A stretch of DNA of 64,000 nucleotides from Arenicellales bacterium (GTDB taxonomy: Bacteria; Pseudomonadota; Gammaproteobacteria; Arenicellales; JAJDZL01), in the NCBI GenBank assembly GCA_965214875.1, contig OZ243980.1, positions 984,009 to 1,048,008 on the forward strand, given 5' to 3'. The notes beneath the pieces are model-generated. The model was given only the letters and a program-made list of their open reading frames with translations, was not told the DNA's origin and made no database searches. Made by a program: the position numbers and the translations under genes. Of the stretch, positions 1 through 10,224 are shown piece after piece. Positions within the stretch are counted from its first letter, which is position 1; every line of letters starts with the position of its first letter.

Positions 1-1344
1 TTTGGGCAGTATGACAATTCGAGTGAATTTCCAGCCGACTACCCTACGTTTGCCCATTACCTGCGTCAGCTCGGATATCAAACCATTCTGAGTGGCAAAA
101 TGCACTTTGTCGGTCCTGACCAGCTGCATGGTTACGAAAAACGCCTTACGACCGAAATTTATCCTGCCAACTTTGCGTGGACGGTGGATTGGTCAAAAGG
201 TTGCCGGTTTCGTCCGACCAACTTGACCATGGCGCCAGTCATCGAGGCAGGCCGATGCATCCGGTCATTGCAAATCGATTTTGACGATGAAGTCGAATTC
301 GCGAGCATCCAGAGACTGTATGACCTGGCCCGCCAACCTGGCGGCAAGCCATTTTTGATGACCGTTTCATTCACGCATCCGCATTCTCCCTATGTCACCA
401 CGCAAGAATGCTGGAATCGATACGATCATGAACGCATCGACATGCCTACGGTTGATGAGATCGCTGTCGACGAAATGGACATGCTCAGCAGAAATTTGCA
501 CTATTGCCAAGGGCGTGACGAATATCAGGTGAGCGAGGAGCAGATTCGCAATGCAAGACATGCATATTTGGGAAATATCTCCTATATCGACGATAAGGTT
601 GGCCGTTTGCTTGATGTTCTCGATAAGACCGGGCTTAGGGACAACACGGTTGTTATTTTCACAGCTGACCACGGCGACATGATGGGCGAACGCGGGATGT
701 GGTACAAGCAGCACTTTTTCGAATGGGCATGTCGGGTGCCGCTGGTAGTGTGCTGGCCGGGCAAGTTTGCGCCGAACCGAGTTGATCAGGAAGTTTCTCT
801 GGTTGATCTCTTGCCGACACTGCTGGATTTGGCTACTGAAGGCAATGGTTGCGGCAATCTTGAAGAGATCGACGGACACAGCCTGTACCCGATAATTGCC
901 GACCAGCATGTAGACTGGCATCATCCGGTGATCTCGGAGTTTTCCGCTGACGGTTCAACTGGGCCGAGTCGCATGGTGTTGAAAAATAGCTTTAAATACA
1001 TGCACCTGGAAGGTGAGGAAGAGCTGCTGTTCGACATGCGCCAAGATCCAGCAGAAATGCAGAACCTTGCCAACGATTCGGATTCGCTCAGCAAGTTGAG
1101 CGAGCTTCGCGCAATCGCAATGGATTCGTGGGATCCCGACGATTTGCGCTCACGGATTACTGAAAGTCAGCTCCAGCGCCTGTTTATTCATCGTGTGACC
1201 GGTGGCGAACCTTCATACGTTCATGCGGTCAATGCTGGCGATTATCGAAAATATGTCAGAAACGCTGGGGCCGCTGATACCAAGGCTCTGGCAAGGTTTC
1301 CATATGTCGAACCGTCGCTTCCGCCGCAGATGGCAGATCATTAG
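1..1344 (+). CDS. betC: Sulfatase, choline-sulfatase-like (5' end lies upstream of the window)
   Basis: Frame 1 is open from nt 1: FGQYDNSSEFPADYPTFAHYLRQLGYQTILSGK precedes the ORF-track Met at 100, so the gene is cut by the window edge. It has the sulfatase blocks GKMHFVGPDQLHGYE and VIFTADHGDMMGERGMWYK and a long C-terminal tail as in choline sulfatases. The catalytic CxPxR block would lie upstream and is not visible. Confidence 0.75.
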   Translation, partial: FGQYDNSSEFPADYPTFAHYLRQLGYQTILSGKMHFVGPDQLHGYEKRLTTEIYPANFAWTVDWSKGCRFRPTNLTMAPVIEAGRCIRSLQIDFDDEVEFASIQRLYDLARQPGGKPFLMTVSFTHPHSPYVTTQECWNRYDHERIDMPTVDEIAVDEMDMLSRNLHYCQGRDEYQVSEEQIRNARHAYLGNISYIDDKVGRLLDVLDKTGLRDNTVVIFTADHGDMMGERGMWYKQHFFEWACRVPLVVCWPGKFAPNRVDQEVSLVDLLPTLLDLATEGNGCGNLEEIDGHSLYPIIADQHVDWHHPVISEFSADGSTGPSRMVLKNSFKYMHLEGEEELLFDMRQDPAEMQNLANDSDSLSKLSELRAIAMDSWDPDDLRSRITESQLQRLFIHRVTGGEPSYVHAVNAGDYRKYVRNAGAADTKALARFPYVEPSLPPQMADH

Positions 1345-1350
1345 CCGGCC

Positions 1351-1590
1351 ATGTTCAAGCAAAGCCGACTTTACCTGATCCTTTCGTCGATTTGCGTCGT
1401 TCTTTTTGTAGTCAATCTGATTATCGGAAAAATTGAAGTCACCTACCGGGTTGACATGATTGTTCATTTTGAAGGCGTGGCTGAGTTCGTTTTGCTCCTT
1501 GCGGCCGTAATATTTTTTGTTATCGGCACCTTGTTCAAGGAGCAGTCGATGGCTAATGCGTCACAAAAACCAAAGGAGGTTGAATCATGA
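1351..1590 (+). CDS. Small two-helix membrane protein, family not recognised
   Basis: The 79-aa ORF has two hydrophobic helices (LYLILSSICVVLFVVNLIIG and FVLLLAAVIFFVIGTLF). Its stop overlaps the next gene's start (ATGA at 1587-1590), just after an AGGAGG Shine-Dalgarno. Confidence 0.4.
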   Translation: MFKQSRLYLILSSICVVLFVVNLIIGKIEVTYRVDMIVHFEGVAEFVLLLAAVIFFVIGTLFKEQSMANASQKPKEVES

Positions 1591-2738
1591 AAATGCGAAA
1601 TACAGCCGAATTGCCGGCGAGCGGGGAAAGGCGCCAGTTTTTTGAGGCCACTGCGAAATATGGTTTCACAGCGGCCATGATGGCCGGTGCCGGGGGCATG
1701 CTTATGTCGGAGGATGCGACGGCGCAGACCGCAAAAGAAGAAGCTGAACGCAAGGATGCTGCTGAGTACACCATGACTTTTGCAACGGCATACATCATTG
1801 GGGTGTCCAGGGCGTACCCGATCATGCAATTGGATTTTAAGGAGAACATCCAGAACATGACCAATGGCAAGATCTACGTGAACCTGGCACCGGGCAAGAA
1901 ACTGGGAGCCGGAGGCGCGTTGGCGAAAAAAGTGCAAAGCGGCGTCATCCAGGTTGCTCAGCATTCGGTGTCCAACTTTGCACCATTTGCGCCGGAAGCC
2001 GATCTGATCAACATGCCGTACATGTGCGCCCGCAACCAAGAGGTGGTCAACCTGGTTACTTCAGACGTGTGGAAATCTGTGGTCGATCCAAAAATAAATG
2101 CGTCCGGATTCAAGGCCCTTTGGTATACCTCGACCTCGGCGCGCACGTTTGCGGTCAGGCAAGGCATGGATCCGATCTTGAAGCCGGAAGATCTTGCCGG
2201 CGTGAAGTTTCGGGTGCCCGGCTCGAAGATGCTTCAGCAGTTCTACAGATTGCTGGGCGCCAACCCAACGCCGGTAGCCTGGGGTGAAACGCCATCGGCG
2301 ATAAAGCAAGGCGTTGCCGATGCGTTGGATCCGGTATTGTCCGGCTTGTACATTTTCGGGTTCGGCGACATTTTGTCGCACGTTAGTCTTGCCCAGTCCG
2401 TGCACGGTCTTCAGGTGTATAGCTGCAACTTGGAGTGGTTCCAGAACCTGCCTGCGGATGTTCAGGCTGGTGTCGAATTTGCAAGCGATGTCACGTTCCG
2501 ACAGAATCTTGCCAAGGTGCCGGCCGCGTTTGCCTACGCCTCATCCGAAATGCGCAAAGCGGGAGTTCAGATTCACGAGCTCAGCGAAGATCAGATTGCT
2601 GCGTTCCGCGATGTTGCTGGCCATCAGCGACCTGAATGGGATGAATGGAAGGTTAGGCTTGCCGGCTCGCTGGAGAACTTTCACAAGATGCTCGAAGCAT
2701 CGCAAACGCAGGGTACCTACTTTGTGCATAACGTGTAG
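1587..2738 (+). CDS. TRAP transporter substrate-binding protein (DctP family) with twin-arginine-like signal
   Basis: Length and sequence are DctP-like, and the gene is followed by DctQ- and DctM-type genes. The N-terminus SGERRQFFEATAKYGFTAAMMAGAGG looks like a Tat signal. AGGAGG lies about 7 nt upstream of the ATG. Confidence 0.85.
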   Translation: MKMRNTAELPASGERRQFFEATAKYGFTAAMMAGAGGMLMSEDATAQTAKEEAERKDAAEYTMTFATAYIIGVSRAYPIMQLDFKENIQNMTNGKIYVNLAPGKKLGAGGALAKKVQSGVIQVAQHSVSNFAPFAPEADLINMPYMCARNQEVVNLVTSDVWKSVVDPKINASGFKALWYTSTSARTFAVRQGMDPILKPEDLAGVKFRVPGSKMLQQFYRLLGANPTPVAWGETPSAIKQGVADALDPVLSGLYIFGFGDILSHVSLAQSVHGLQVYSCNLEWFQNLPADVQAGVEFASDVTFRQNLAKVPAAFAYASSEMRKAGVQIHELSEDQIAAFRDVAGHQRPEWDEWKVRLAGSLENFHKMLEASQTQGTYFVHNV

Positions 2739-2824
2739 GGAGCATGAACCGTGCGACTGATCCAGTGTTGAATGCATCGAGTTGGCCGTACGGTGGCTTT
2801 GTCATCGGGTTTTAGGGTGAACAG

Positions 2825-3346
2825 ATGCGTATCAAGGCATTGATTGACGCATTCGACAGAAATGGCGAACGCTGGCTTTTGCTGGTGTTCTACGCATTTG
2901 TCGTGACAGTCATCTTTGTGGAAGTGATCCGACGCTTCTTATTTCAGTACTCCTCGATTTGGGGTGAAGAAACCGCGCGGTATGCGTTCATCTACCTTGT
3001 CTGGATTGGCGCTGCCGCGGCGGTCAAGGACCGCGCTCACATTAGAATCGATATCATCTTCAAGTTTATGCGCCCGAAGGGTGCCGCCATCCTTTACTTG
3101 TTTGGCGACATTGTTACCCTGGTTTTTGCTTGTGCCGCACTTTACTGGTCGCTCGATTCAGTCGGGACATCGTTGCGCTTTGGCGCAGCGACCCATGGTT
3201 TGCGGATCAATCAGGCATGGTTCACGCTTGCGGTTCCCTTCGGCTTTTCTCTGATTCTGATCCGGCTTATCCAGTCTATGCGCCGCGACCTTATGTATCT
3301 CAGATTGGGTCGCGAGCCATTCACTGGCAGAAAACTGTTCGGATAG
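2825..3346 (+). CDS. TRAP transporter small permease (DctQ family)
   Basis: 173 aa with about four hydrophobic helices, located between the DctP and DctM genes. Confidence 0.85.
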   Translation: MRIKALIDAFDRNGERWLLLVFYAFVVTVIFVEVIRRFLFQYSSIWGEETARYAFIYLVWIGAAAAVKDRAHIRIDIIFKFMRPKGAAILYLFGDIVTLVFACAALYWSLDSVGTSLRFGAATHGLRINQAWFTLAVPFGFSLILIRLIQSMRRDLMYLRLGREPFTGRKLFG

Positions 3347-3356
3347 CGCCGGCATC

Positions 3357-4673
3357 ATGTACAACCTCTATCAGCAGCCGGCTGTCGCCTATGAGTTCGG
3401 ATGGGATGTAGGCGGACCGCTTCTTTTGATTGCCGCATTGCTCGTGCTTGGCATCCCGATGTGGGTTTGCATGGGGGTTGGCGTGATTGCAATGCTGCAT
3501 TTCACTGAGGTGCTGCCATTGCATCTGCTGGGGGAGAGTCTGTTCGAGGGCATGGATGCGTTTGCCCTGATTGCGGTGCCGCTGTTTATTCTTACCGGCG
3601 ATGTTCTGGTGCGCACCGGCCTGTCGAACAAGCTGCTTGACATCGCCGAAGCCACAGCAGGCAGCTTTCGCTCGGGCTTTGGCTCTTCGACGGTGCTGGG
3701 CTGCGGATTTTTCTCATGCATTTCAGGTTCCGATGCTGCCGGCTGCGCGGCGCTTGGGCGCATGACCATCAATCGACTGACTAATTCTGGCTATCCCCGT
3801 CCCTATGCGGCCGCTTTGGTTGCTTCAGGGTCTTGTACTGGAATCCTGATTCCGCCATCGATCGCCTATATCGTTATCGGACTGATACTCGGAATATCCG
3901 CTTCGACGCTATTTGTCGCGGCGATTGTGCCTGGGGTGCTTGTACTGATTTCGATCATGGCGGCCAACGTGCTGGTCAACCGCTTCAGAGGCTATGAAAA
4001 TTCAACGCAGCAGTTTTCGCTAAGGCATTGGCTGACTACGGTTTGGGATGGGCGCTATGCGCTGTTGGTGCCGTTCATCATTCTCGGCGGCATCTATTCG
4101 GGCATCTTCACGCCCACTGAAGCGGCGGCGGTTGCGGTGGTTCTGATCATCACGATTGGATTGTTTCAAGGCACGTTGAAGTTAAGCGATTTCCCTGAAA
4201 TGCTGGTCAGCTCAGCCAAGGTCAATGGTGTCATTTTGCCGACTGTCGCGCTGTCGTTGCCGCTTGCTGAAGCACTAGGCGCCTTATCGGTGCCGCAATA
4301 CTTTATTGAGCAAGTGCTCTCGTTAACAGAGAATTACAACTACATCCTGTTGCTGATCATCGGCATATTGATCTTTGCCGGATGCGTTATGGAGGCCGTG
4401 CCGAACATTGTGCTTATTGCGCCAGTGCTCTATCCGCTATCGCAGCAGATCGGCATGGATCAGATTCACTTTTGCATTTTGATGGTGACTTCACTGGGCA
4501 TTGGTTTTATCACGCCGCCGATCGGTTTGAACTTGTTTGTGATATCTGGAGTGACCGGGGAATCCATCCTGAACGTCGCGAAATACGTGTTCCCGTATGT
4601 TTTTGCTATGCTGTCGGTGGCGGTGCTGATTGCATTTGTGCCGCAGCTTTCCCTCGTGCTTTTGGGACGATAG
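3357..4673 (+). CDS. TRAP transporter large permease (DctM family)
   Basis: 438-aa polytopic membrane protein with DctM-like blocks (FILTGDVLVRTGLS, GIGFITPPIGLNLFV). Confidence 0.9.
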   Translation: MYNLYQQPAVAYEFGWDVGGPLLLIAALLVLGIPMWVCMGVGVIAMLHFTEVLPLHLLGESLFEGMDAFALIAVPLFILTGDVLVRTGLSNKLLDIAEATAGSFRSGFGSSTVLGCGFFSCISGSDAAGCAALGRMTINRLTNSGYPRPYAAALVASGSCTGILIPPSIAYIVIGLILGISASTLFVAAIVPGVLVLISIMAANVLVNRFRGYENSTQQFSLRHWLTTVWDGRYALLVPFIILGGIYSGIFTPTEAAAVAVVLIITIGLFQGTLKLSDFPEMLVSSAKVNGVILPTVALSLPLAEALGALSVPQYFIEQVLSLTENYNYILLLIIGILIFAGCVMEAVPNIVLIAPVLYPLSQQIGMDQIHFCILMVTSLGIGFITPPIGLNLFVISGVTGESILNVAKYVFPYVFAMLSVAVLIAFVPQLSLVLLGR

Positions 4674-4899
4674 CGCAAATCAGAGAAGGAAATTATGACT
4701 GGCCCGAACTATTCCTCTCAATGCGTTGACGATCAAGACAATTTTACGATTAAAGAAATCTGCTTCGCGCAAGTGCGCATGACCTCAGGCATGAGCCTTT
4801 TGCGGCCATGCGCTTGATAATCCGGCCTCGCCGAGGCAAGGTTCGGCTTCATCAGGCGCGAGCGGCGTTTTATGCAGACATAACATATGCGACATGGCG

Positions 4900-5628
4900 C
4901 TAATCTGGCTGGTGGAGCAAGAATTTGCCGTCTGCCCCGACACTGATTACGCCGTCCCGCCCGCTATCCCAGTCGCCCAGCACATACCGAATCGCCTTTG
5001 CCCCGTTGGCTTGATGCCGATGAATGCCCGGGCGATGCACATGCCCGTGAATCATGGCCTGGACACCCAGTTCTGACATGACTGCACAAGCGGCTTCTGT
5101 GTTCACATCCATGAGTTTCATGTCCTTATTCGCCTTGCTGAACTCGCTTTGCTTTCGCATCTGGACTGCGCGTTGCTGACGCTCTTCGACCGGTAGCGAC
5201 AAGAATGATGATTGCCAATCGGCCGCGTTGACCATGGCTCGAAACTCTTGATGATCGGTGTCATCGGTGCACAGGCTGTCGCCGTGCAACAGCGCAACTT
5301 TGCTGCCGCAGATATCAACAACGCTGGGGTCGGGAATCAGCTCGCCGCCGAAAAGAGCCACAAAATCCTTGCCGATGAGGAAATCTCGATTGCCGTGCAT
5401 GACGCGGATTTGAACTCCGGCATGGGCGATGTCGCAGAGCAAATCAGCCGCCGGCCGATGCCCGAGCAAGTCGATGCCGTCATCGCCGATCCAATATTCG
5501 AACAGATCGCCCAGAATATAGAGGATATCGCAGTCTGACGAGATTCGGCGCAGATAGCCGCTGAACCGTTCAAACGTTTGCGGACGGTTCGGATCAATGT
5601 GGATATCGGATACGAATCGGGTGCGCAT
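4900..5628 (-). CDS. lpxH: UDP-2,3-diacylglucosamine hydrolase
   Basis: Carries the metallophosphoesterase blocks of LpxH: FVSDIHI, ILGDLFEYWIGDD, GNRDF, LLHGD, IHGHVHRP. 242 aa. Confidence 0.9.
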   Translation of the reverse strand: MRTRFVSDIHIDPNRPQTFERFSGYLRRISSDCDILYILGDLFEYWIGDDGIDLLGHRPAADLLCDIAHAGVQIRVMHGNRDFLIGKDFVALFGGELIPDPSVVDICGSKVALLHGDSLCTDDTDHQEFRAMVNAADWQSSFLSLPVEERQQRAVQMRKQSEFSKANKDMKLMDVNTEAACAVMSELGVQAMIHGHVHRPGIHRHQANGAKAIRYVLGDWDSGRDGVISVGADGKFLLHQPD

Positions 5629-5724
5629 GCGGGCGTGTCTCGTTGTCTTGGCAAGTGCAAAATCTATAATACCCGCTTTGCCGCCACTTTAATATTCAGG
5701 ATAGTCTTTACTGGTGCCAATTCG

Positions 5725-7131
5725 ATGCTTCACATATACAACAGCCTGACCAATAAAAAAGAGCCGCTCATTCCGATTAACGAGCAAAAGATCGGCATCT
5801 ATGTGTGCGGCATGACGGTGTACGACTATTGCCATTTGGGACATGCGCGAGTCATGGTGGCGTTCGATGCGGTGATCCGCTATCTACGCTACCGCGGCTA
5901 TGAGGTTGCCTATGTGCGCAACATCACCGATATCGACGATAAGATTATCGCGCGCGCCAGGGAACTTGGCGAGTCAATCGGGCAGCTGACTGACCGGTTT
6001 ATCGGCTGTATGCATGAAGATTTGGCTTTTCTTGGAATCGCAAAGCCGAATCACGAGCCCAGAGCAACGGAGTACATCCCGCAGATTATCGACATGATAT
6101 CGGCTTTGATTGAGCGAGGGTTCGCCTATCCGGCATCCAACGGCGATGTCTACTACAAAACGCGCTCGTTTGATGCCTATGGCCAGTTGTCGGGCAAGAA
6201 TCTCGACGAGCTTCAGGCTGGCGCGAGAGTGGGCGTTGACGAATGCAAGGAAGATCCGCTGGACTTTGTACTTTGGAAAAGCTCGAAAAAGGGCGAGCCA
6301 TGGTGGGATTCGCCTTGGGGCAGGGGGCGTCCGGGATGGCATATCGAGTGTTCAGCGATGTCGACTTGCTTGCTTGGCAATCACTTTGACATTCATGCCG
6401 GCGGGATGGATCTTTTGTTTCCGCATCACGAAAATGAGATCGCGCAATCCGTCGGCGCCACCGGCGGCAAGTTTGCCAATTTGTGGATGCACAACGGCTA
6501 TCTGCAGGTTGATGCGACGAAGATGTCGAAGTCGCTTAAGAACTTTTTGACGATCCGGGAAATATTGGACTTAGATTCCAGCCGCGAGCGAATGGGATTG
6601 ATCTTGAGATACATGCTGCTGTCAGGACATTATCGAAGCCCGCTCAACTACAGTGAAGACAATTTGGATAATGCAAGGAGCGCAGTGCGACGCATTTTCG
6701 TTGCGCTGTCGAATTCCGAGCGTTTTGGCGCGAGCCGAGCGCGTTCGGATGCTTCTATCGTTCAGCAATTCTGCGAAATCATGGATGATGATTTCAATAC
6801 GCCGGAAGCTCTTGCGCTTATTTTCGAAACGGTTCGGGCGCTGAACCGCGCAGTGGAAAGCGATCAGGCCGAACAAGCCGCCGTGTTGCGCGAGACTGTT
6901 GCAGAGCTTGCCGGCATTTTGGGGTTGATGCCCATTTCGGCAAAGGAGTTTCTGGACGGCCGGGACGATAATCAAAAACGTCGCGAAATCGAGCAAATGA
7001 TCGAGCTGCGCAAGCAGGCCCGACTGAATAAGGACTGGGCTGAGGCTGATCGCCTGCGCGGCGAGCTGCTTGCTATGGGAGTTGAGATCGAGGATCAAGC
7101 CGATGGCGCAACTCTGTGGAGATTAGGATAG
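5725..7131 (+). CDS. cysS: Cysteine--tRNA ligase
   Basis: Has the HIGH-type motif CHLGHARV, the KMSKS motif TKMSKSLKN, and the WGRGRPGWHIECSAM block. The ORF-track start at 5578 overlaps lpxH on the other strand. The Met at 5725 (MLHIYNSLT) matches normal CysRS N-termini. Confidence 0.95.
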   Translation: MLHIYNSLTNKKEPLIPINEQKIGIYVCGMTVYDYCHLGHARVMVAFDAVIRYLRYRGYEVAYVRNITDIDDKIIARARELGESIGQLTDRFIGCMHEDLAFLGIAKPNHEPRATEYIPQIIDMISALIERGFAYPASNGDVYYKTRSFDAYGQLSGKNLDELQAGARVGVDECKEDPLDFVLWKSSKKGEPWWDSPWGRGRPGWHIECSAMSTCLLGNHFDIHAGGMDLLFPHHENEIAQSVGATGGKFANLWMHNGYLQVDATKMSKSLKNFLTIREILDLDSSRERMGLILRYMLLSGHYRSPLNYSEDNLDNARSAVRRIFVALSNSERFGASRARSDASIVQQFCEIMDDDFNTPEALALIFETVRALNRAVESDQAEQAAVLRETVAELAGILGLMPISAKEFLDGRDDNQKRREIEQMIELRKQARLNKDWAEADRLRGELLAMGVEIEDQADGATLWRLG

Positions 7132-7492
7132 GGCGGTCGCTTCCCGATAGAGCATTTTTCACTCTTTGCGGCTGACCGCGCATTAGCTGCTGACACTTCC
7201 TCTTGCTGTCCAACTCGGCGCACAGGCCGAATTTATCGCTTTTTTTAAGCAGCTACCGCCACTTCGAGCTTAGGGAATAAGATATCTAATATATAGATAA
7301 TATACATCAATATATTGTATTTTAAGATGTAAAGCGGTTTGGTATATTGCGATTGAGACAGCAATTCTGTCGGCAAATTGAGTGAGCGGCTTGATGCCGG
7401 ATTAAATCTTTTCTGAGGTGGAAAAGTATAGTCGCACCATTCTTTTCGGCAGGGTATAGCAAACATTCAATACATTGACGGAGTAATATGCC

Positions 7493-8611
7493 ATGAAACT
7501 GAATACCGAGAGAAAAAAGGTGGCGGGCTTGTCGCGAATGTCGCAATCGGCACTTGCGTTTTTGTTTTGCATTGCATCATTTGTTCTGCCGGCCCACGTC
7601 GGTGCTGACGATAGTTGGTACCCATATCCAGTAGAAGTCTGGGACCCTCCATTTGATATGGCCAGCCCGCGCTCTACCGTTGACTATGTTCCCCTGGAAA
7701 AGGCATCCAGGCAATGGCATGTCTGTGTTTCGTTCCCGCACATGAAAGACGCATATTGGTTGGCTGTTGACTACGGTGTGGTCGCCGAATCCGAGCGACT
7801 CGGAGTCAAGATGCAGCTCGTAGAAGCGGGTGGGTATACCAACCTGAACACGCAAGTTTCACAAATTGAAGATTGTGTGGCAGGCGGAGCGGATGCTGTT
7901 GTGGTCGGTGCGATATCCTTTGACGGTTTGAACAATCTCGTTTCTGAGATTCGCACTAAGGGCATCCCGGTGATTGATGTGATTAACGGCATGTCTTCGT
8001 CCGATTTATCGGCTAAGTCTTTGGTTTCATTTGGTGAAATGGGCTATAAAGCTGGCGAGTACATTGCCAAGGCTCACCCTGCCGGTTCGGGCAAGGTGAA
8101 AGTGGCATGGTTTCCTGGCCCTCCGGGAGCGGGCTGGGTAGAAGCGGGAAACGCCGGATTTCAAGAAGCAGTGGCCGGTTCCGACATCGAAGTTGTTGAA
8201 ACCAAGTATGGCGACACGGGTAAAGAGGTGCAGTTGAAACTGGTGGAAGACACGTTGGAAGCGCATCCGGATATCCAATATGTCGTCGGGACTGCGGTAA
8301 CCGCAGAAGCGGCGACCGGCTTGCTTCGGGCACGAGACATGACTGATCAGGTCAAGGTCATGGCCTACTACTTCACGCCAGGCGTCTTCCAAGGAATAAG
8401 GCGTGGCCAGATGCTGGCCGCACCCACTGACTCCGCTGTGATTCAGGGACGGATCGCAATCGATCAAGCCGTCAGAATTCTAGAGGGGGAGTCCTACGAA
8501 AAGCATGTCGGCCCAGCGCTCTACGTTATCGACTCCAACAACATCAACACGTTTGATCGGGGGTCGTCGCTCGCGCCAGATGGATTCAAAGCAACCTTCT
8601 CGGTGAACTAA
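7493..8611 (+). CDS. Sugar-type (type I periplasmic-binding-protein fold) ABC substrate-binding protein
   Basis: Has a signal peptide (LAFLFCIASFVLPAHVGA) and ribose/LacI-like PBP sequence, and is followed by a CUT2-type ATPase and permease. The start could instead be the Met at 7538. Confidence 0.8.
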   Translation: MKLNTERKKVAGLSRMSQSALAFLFCIASFVLPAHVGADDSWYPYPVEVWDPPFDMASPRSTVDYVPLEKASRQWHVCVSFPHMKDAYWLAVDYGVVAESERLGVKMQLVEAGGYTNLNTQVSQIEDCVAGGADAVVVGAISFDGLNNLVSEIRTKGIPVIDVINGMSSSDLSAKSLVSFGEMGYKAGEYIAKAHPAGSGKVKVAWFPGPPGAGWVEAGNAGFQEAVAGSDIEVVETKYGDTGKEVQLKLVEDTLEAHPDIQYVVGTAVTAEAATGLLRARDMTDQVKVMAYYFTPGVFQGIRRGQMLAAPTDSAVIQGRIAIDQAVRILEGESYEKHVGPALYVIDSNNINTFDRGSSLAPDGFKATFSVN

Positions 8612-8696
8612 ACGCTGTTGACCGGATGCGCACTGACGAGTCAATTGTCAGTTCCAGGTTGCATAAGGCGAAGCGGCGATTTCGGCTCTGTGAAGC

Positions 8697-10199
8697 ATGA
8701 ACAAGTCGCCGCTCCTGGAATTGACGGGCATCACGCGGCAATATCCGGGGATCAAAGCCCTCGACAATGTGGACTTTTCCCTTGCGGCCGGTGAGGTCCA
8801 TGTCTTGTTTGGCGAAAACGGCGCCGGCAAGTCAACTTTGATTTCGATCATCGCAGGGGCCGTCAGAGCGCATGCCGGACGGTTCCTGTTCAAGGGCAAG
8901 CCGATAGAGCTTTCGTCAGTTCATCACGCCAGATCCTTGGGGATCAGTGCTGTATTTCAGGAGTTCTCGCTCGTTCCCCAGCTTTCCGTCGAGCAAAACC
9001 TGTTTTTGGGATCTGAGGAGACCTCAAATGGTGTTCTGAAGAAAAAATCCATGCAAAAGCGAGCGGCGGAAATACTTGACCGGTTGAGATTTCCGCTTGA
9101 GCCGTGCATCAAGGTGGCCTTTCTGTCTAGGGCAGAGCAGCAAATGGTTGAAATTGCAAAGGCGTTTCGTGAAAATCTTTCGGTGCTGATTCTAGATGAA
9201 CCGACCGCATCGCTTACTGATCAAGAGACCGAAGAATTGTTTTCTCTGATTGAACAGATCAAGTCTCGAGGTGTGGGCATCATCTACATTACTCATCGAA
9301 TCAATGAAATTCGACGTATCGGAGACCGAATTACGGTACTGCGGGATGGAAGATTAGTGGACACGGTTAGTGCAAGCACATCTGAAAGTGAGCTGGTTGG
9401 CTTGATGACTGGGCGCATAATTGAACAATTTTTCCCGAGCTTTGATTTTCGCCTTGGAGAAAAGATGCTTGAAATGTCGCACGTTTTCACAGCAGATAAT
9501 TCTGTGGCAGATGTAAGCCTGAACGTGCACAGCGGTGAAGTTGTCGGGATTGCCGGCTTAGTCGGATCCGGAAAATCTGAGATTGGGCGAACTTGCTTTG
9601 GGCTGATCCCAAAGACTGGAGGCGACATTTCGCTTGATGGAGAAAGCATCGCTCATATGTCAACCCGCCAAATTATCGAGCGCGGTTTGTTCTATATCCC
9701 TGCCGACCGCCGTGATGAAGGGCTGATGATGATGCGCAGCGTTCGCGAAAATGTTGCGCTGCCTGCATTAAATACAAAAAACTACTCAAAAGGTGCGTGG
9801 CTAAGGAGGAATGCGGAAGCCTCCAGCGTTCGAGATCTTGCCGGTCGCTTGCAATTGCAACCACTCAATATTGAATGGGATGCAGGACAATTTTCTGGCG
9901 GCAATCAGCAAAAGATTCTACTCGCAAAGTGCTTGACTCGCGAAATCAAAGTGTTCGTTTTTGACGAGCCGACCGTTGGGGTCGATGTCGGCACCCGAGT
10001 CGCAATCTACAAATTCATTCGCGACTTGTGTGAAACCGGTGCGGCGGTTCTGCTGATTTCGTCAGATTTGCCCGAAATATTGCACCTGACCAACCGTGTC
10101 TATGTCATGTGCAAAGGGCGGTTGAGCGCGGAGATTCCTGCCGAAGAACTGTCGCAGGAAAATGTTCTAAAGCACTGCTTCGATAGGCAGGCGGCGTGA
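8697..10199 (+). CDS. Sugar ABC transporter ATP-binding protein (duplicated cassette, RbsA/MglA-like)
   Basis: Walker A is GENGAGKST. The first-half Walker B is LILDEPTASL. The second half has FSGGNQQK and FVFDEPTVGVD. 500 aa. Confidence 0.9.
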   Translation: MNKSPLLELTGITRQYPGIKALDNVDFSLAAGEVHVLFGENGAGKSTLISIIAGAVRAHAGRFLFKGKPIELSSVHHARSLGISAVFQEFSLVPQLSVEQNLFLGSEETSNGVLKKKSMQKRAAEILDRLRFPLEPCIKVAFLSRAEQQMVEIAKAFRENLSVLILDEPTASLTDQETEELFSLIEQIKSRGVGIIYITHRINEIRRIGDRITVLRDGRLVDTVSASTSESELVGLMTGRIIEQFFPSFDFRLGEKMLEMSHVFTADNSVADVSLNVHSGEVVGIAGLVGSGKSEIGRTCFGLIPKTGGDISLDGESIAHMSTRQIIERGLFYIPADRRDEGLMMMRSVRENVALPALNTKNYSKGAWLRRNAEASSVRDLAGRLQLQPLNIEWDAGQFSGGNQQKILLAKCLTREIKVFVFDEPTVGVDVGTRVAIYKFIRDLCETGAAVLLISSDLPEILHLTNRVYVMCKGRLSAEIPAEELSQENVLKHCFDRQAA

Positions 10200-10224
10200 A
10201 TTCAATTCTAAAGGACGGTTTCCA

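Noticed and set aside
5578-5724. A possible 49-residue N-terminal extension of CysS.
   Set aside because: It overlaps the lpxH coding region on the opposite strand and has no CysRS similarity. The Met at 5725 gives the canonical N-terminus.
7260-7335. A very AT-rich stretch with small palindromes (ATCTAATATATAGAT) between cysS and the sugar ABC operon.
   Set aside because: It is probably ordinary promoter, UP-element or nucleoid-protein binding DNA. It has no repeat structure or conserved motif that I can support.
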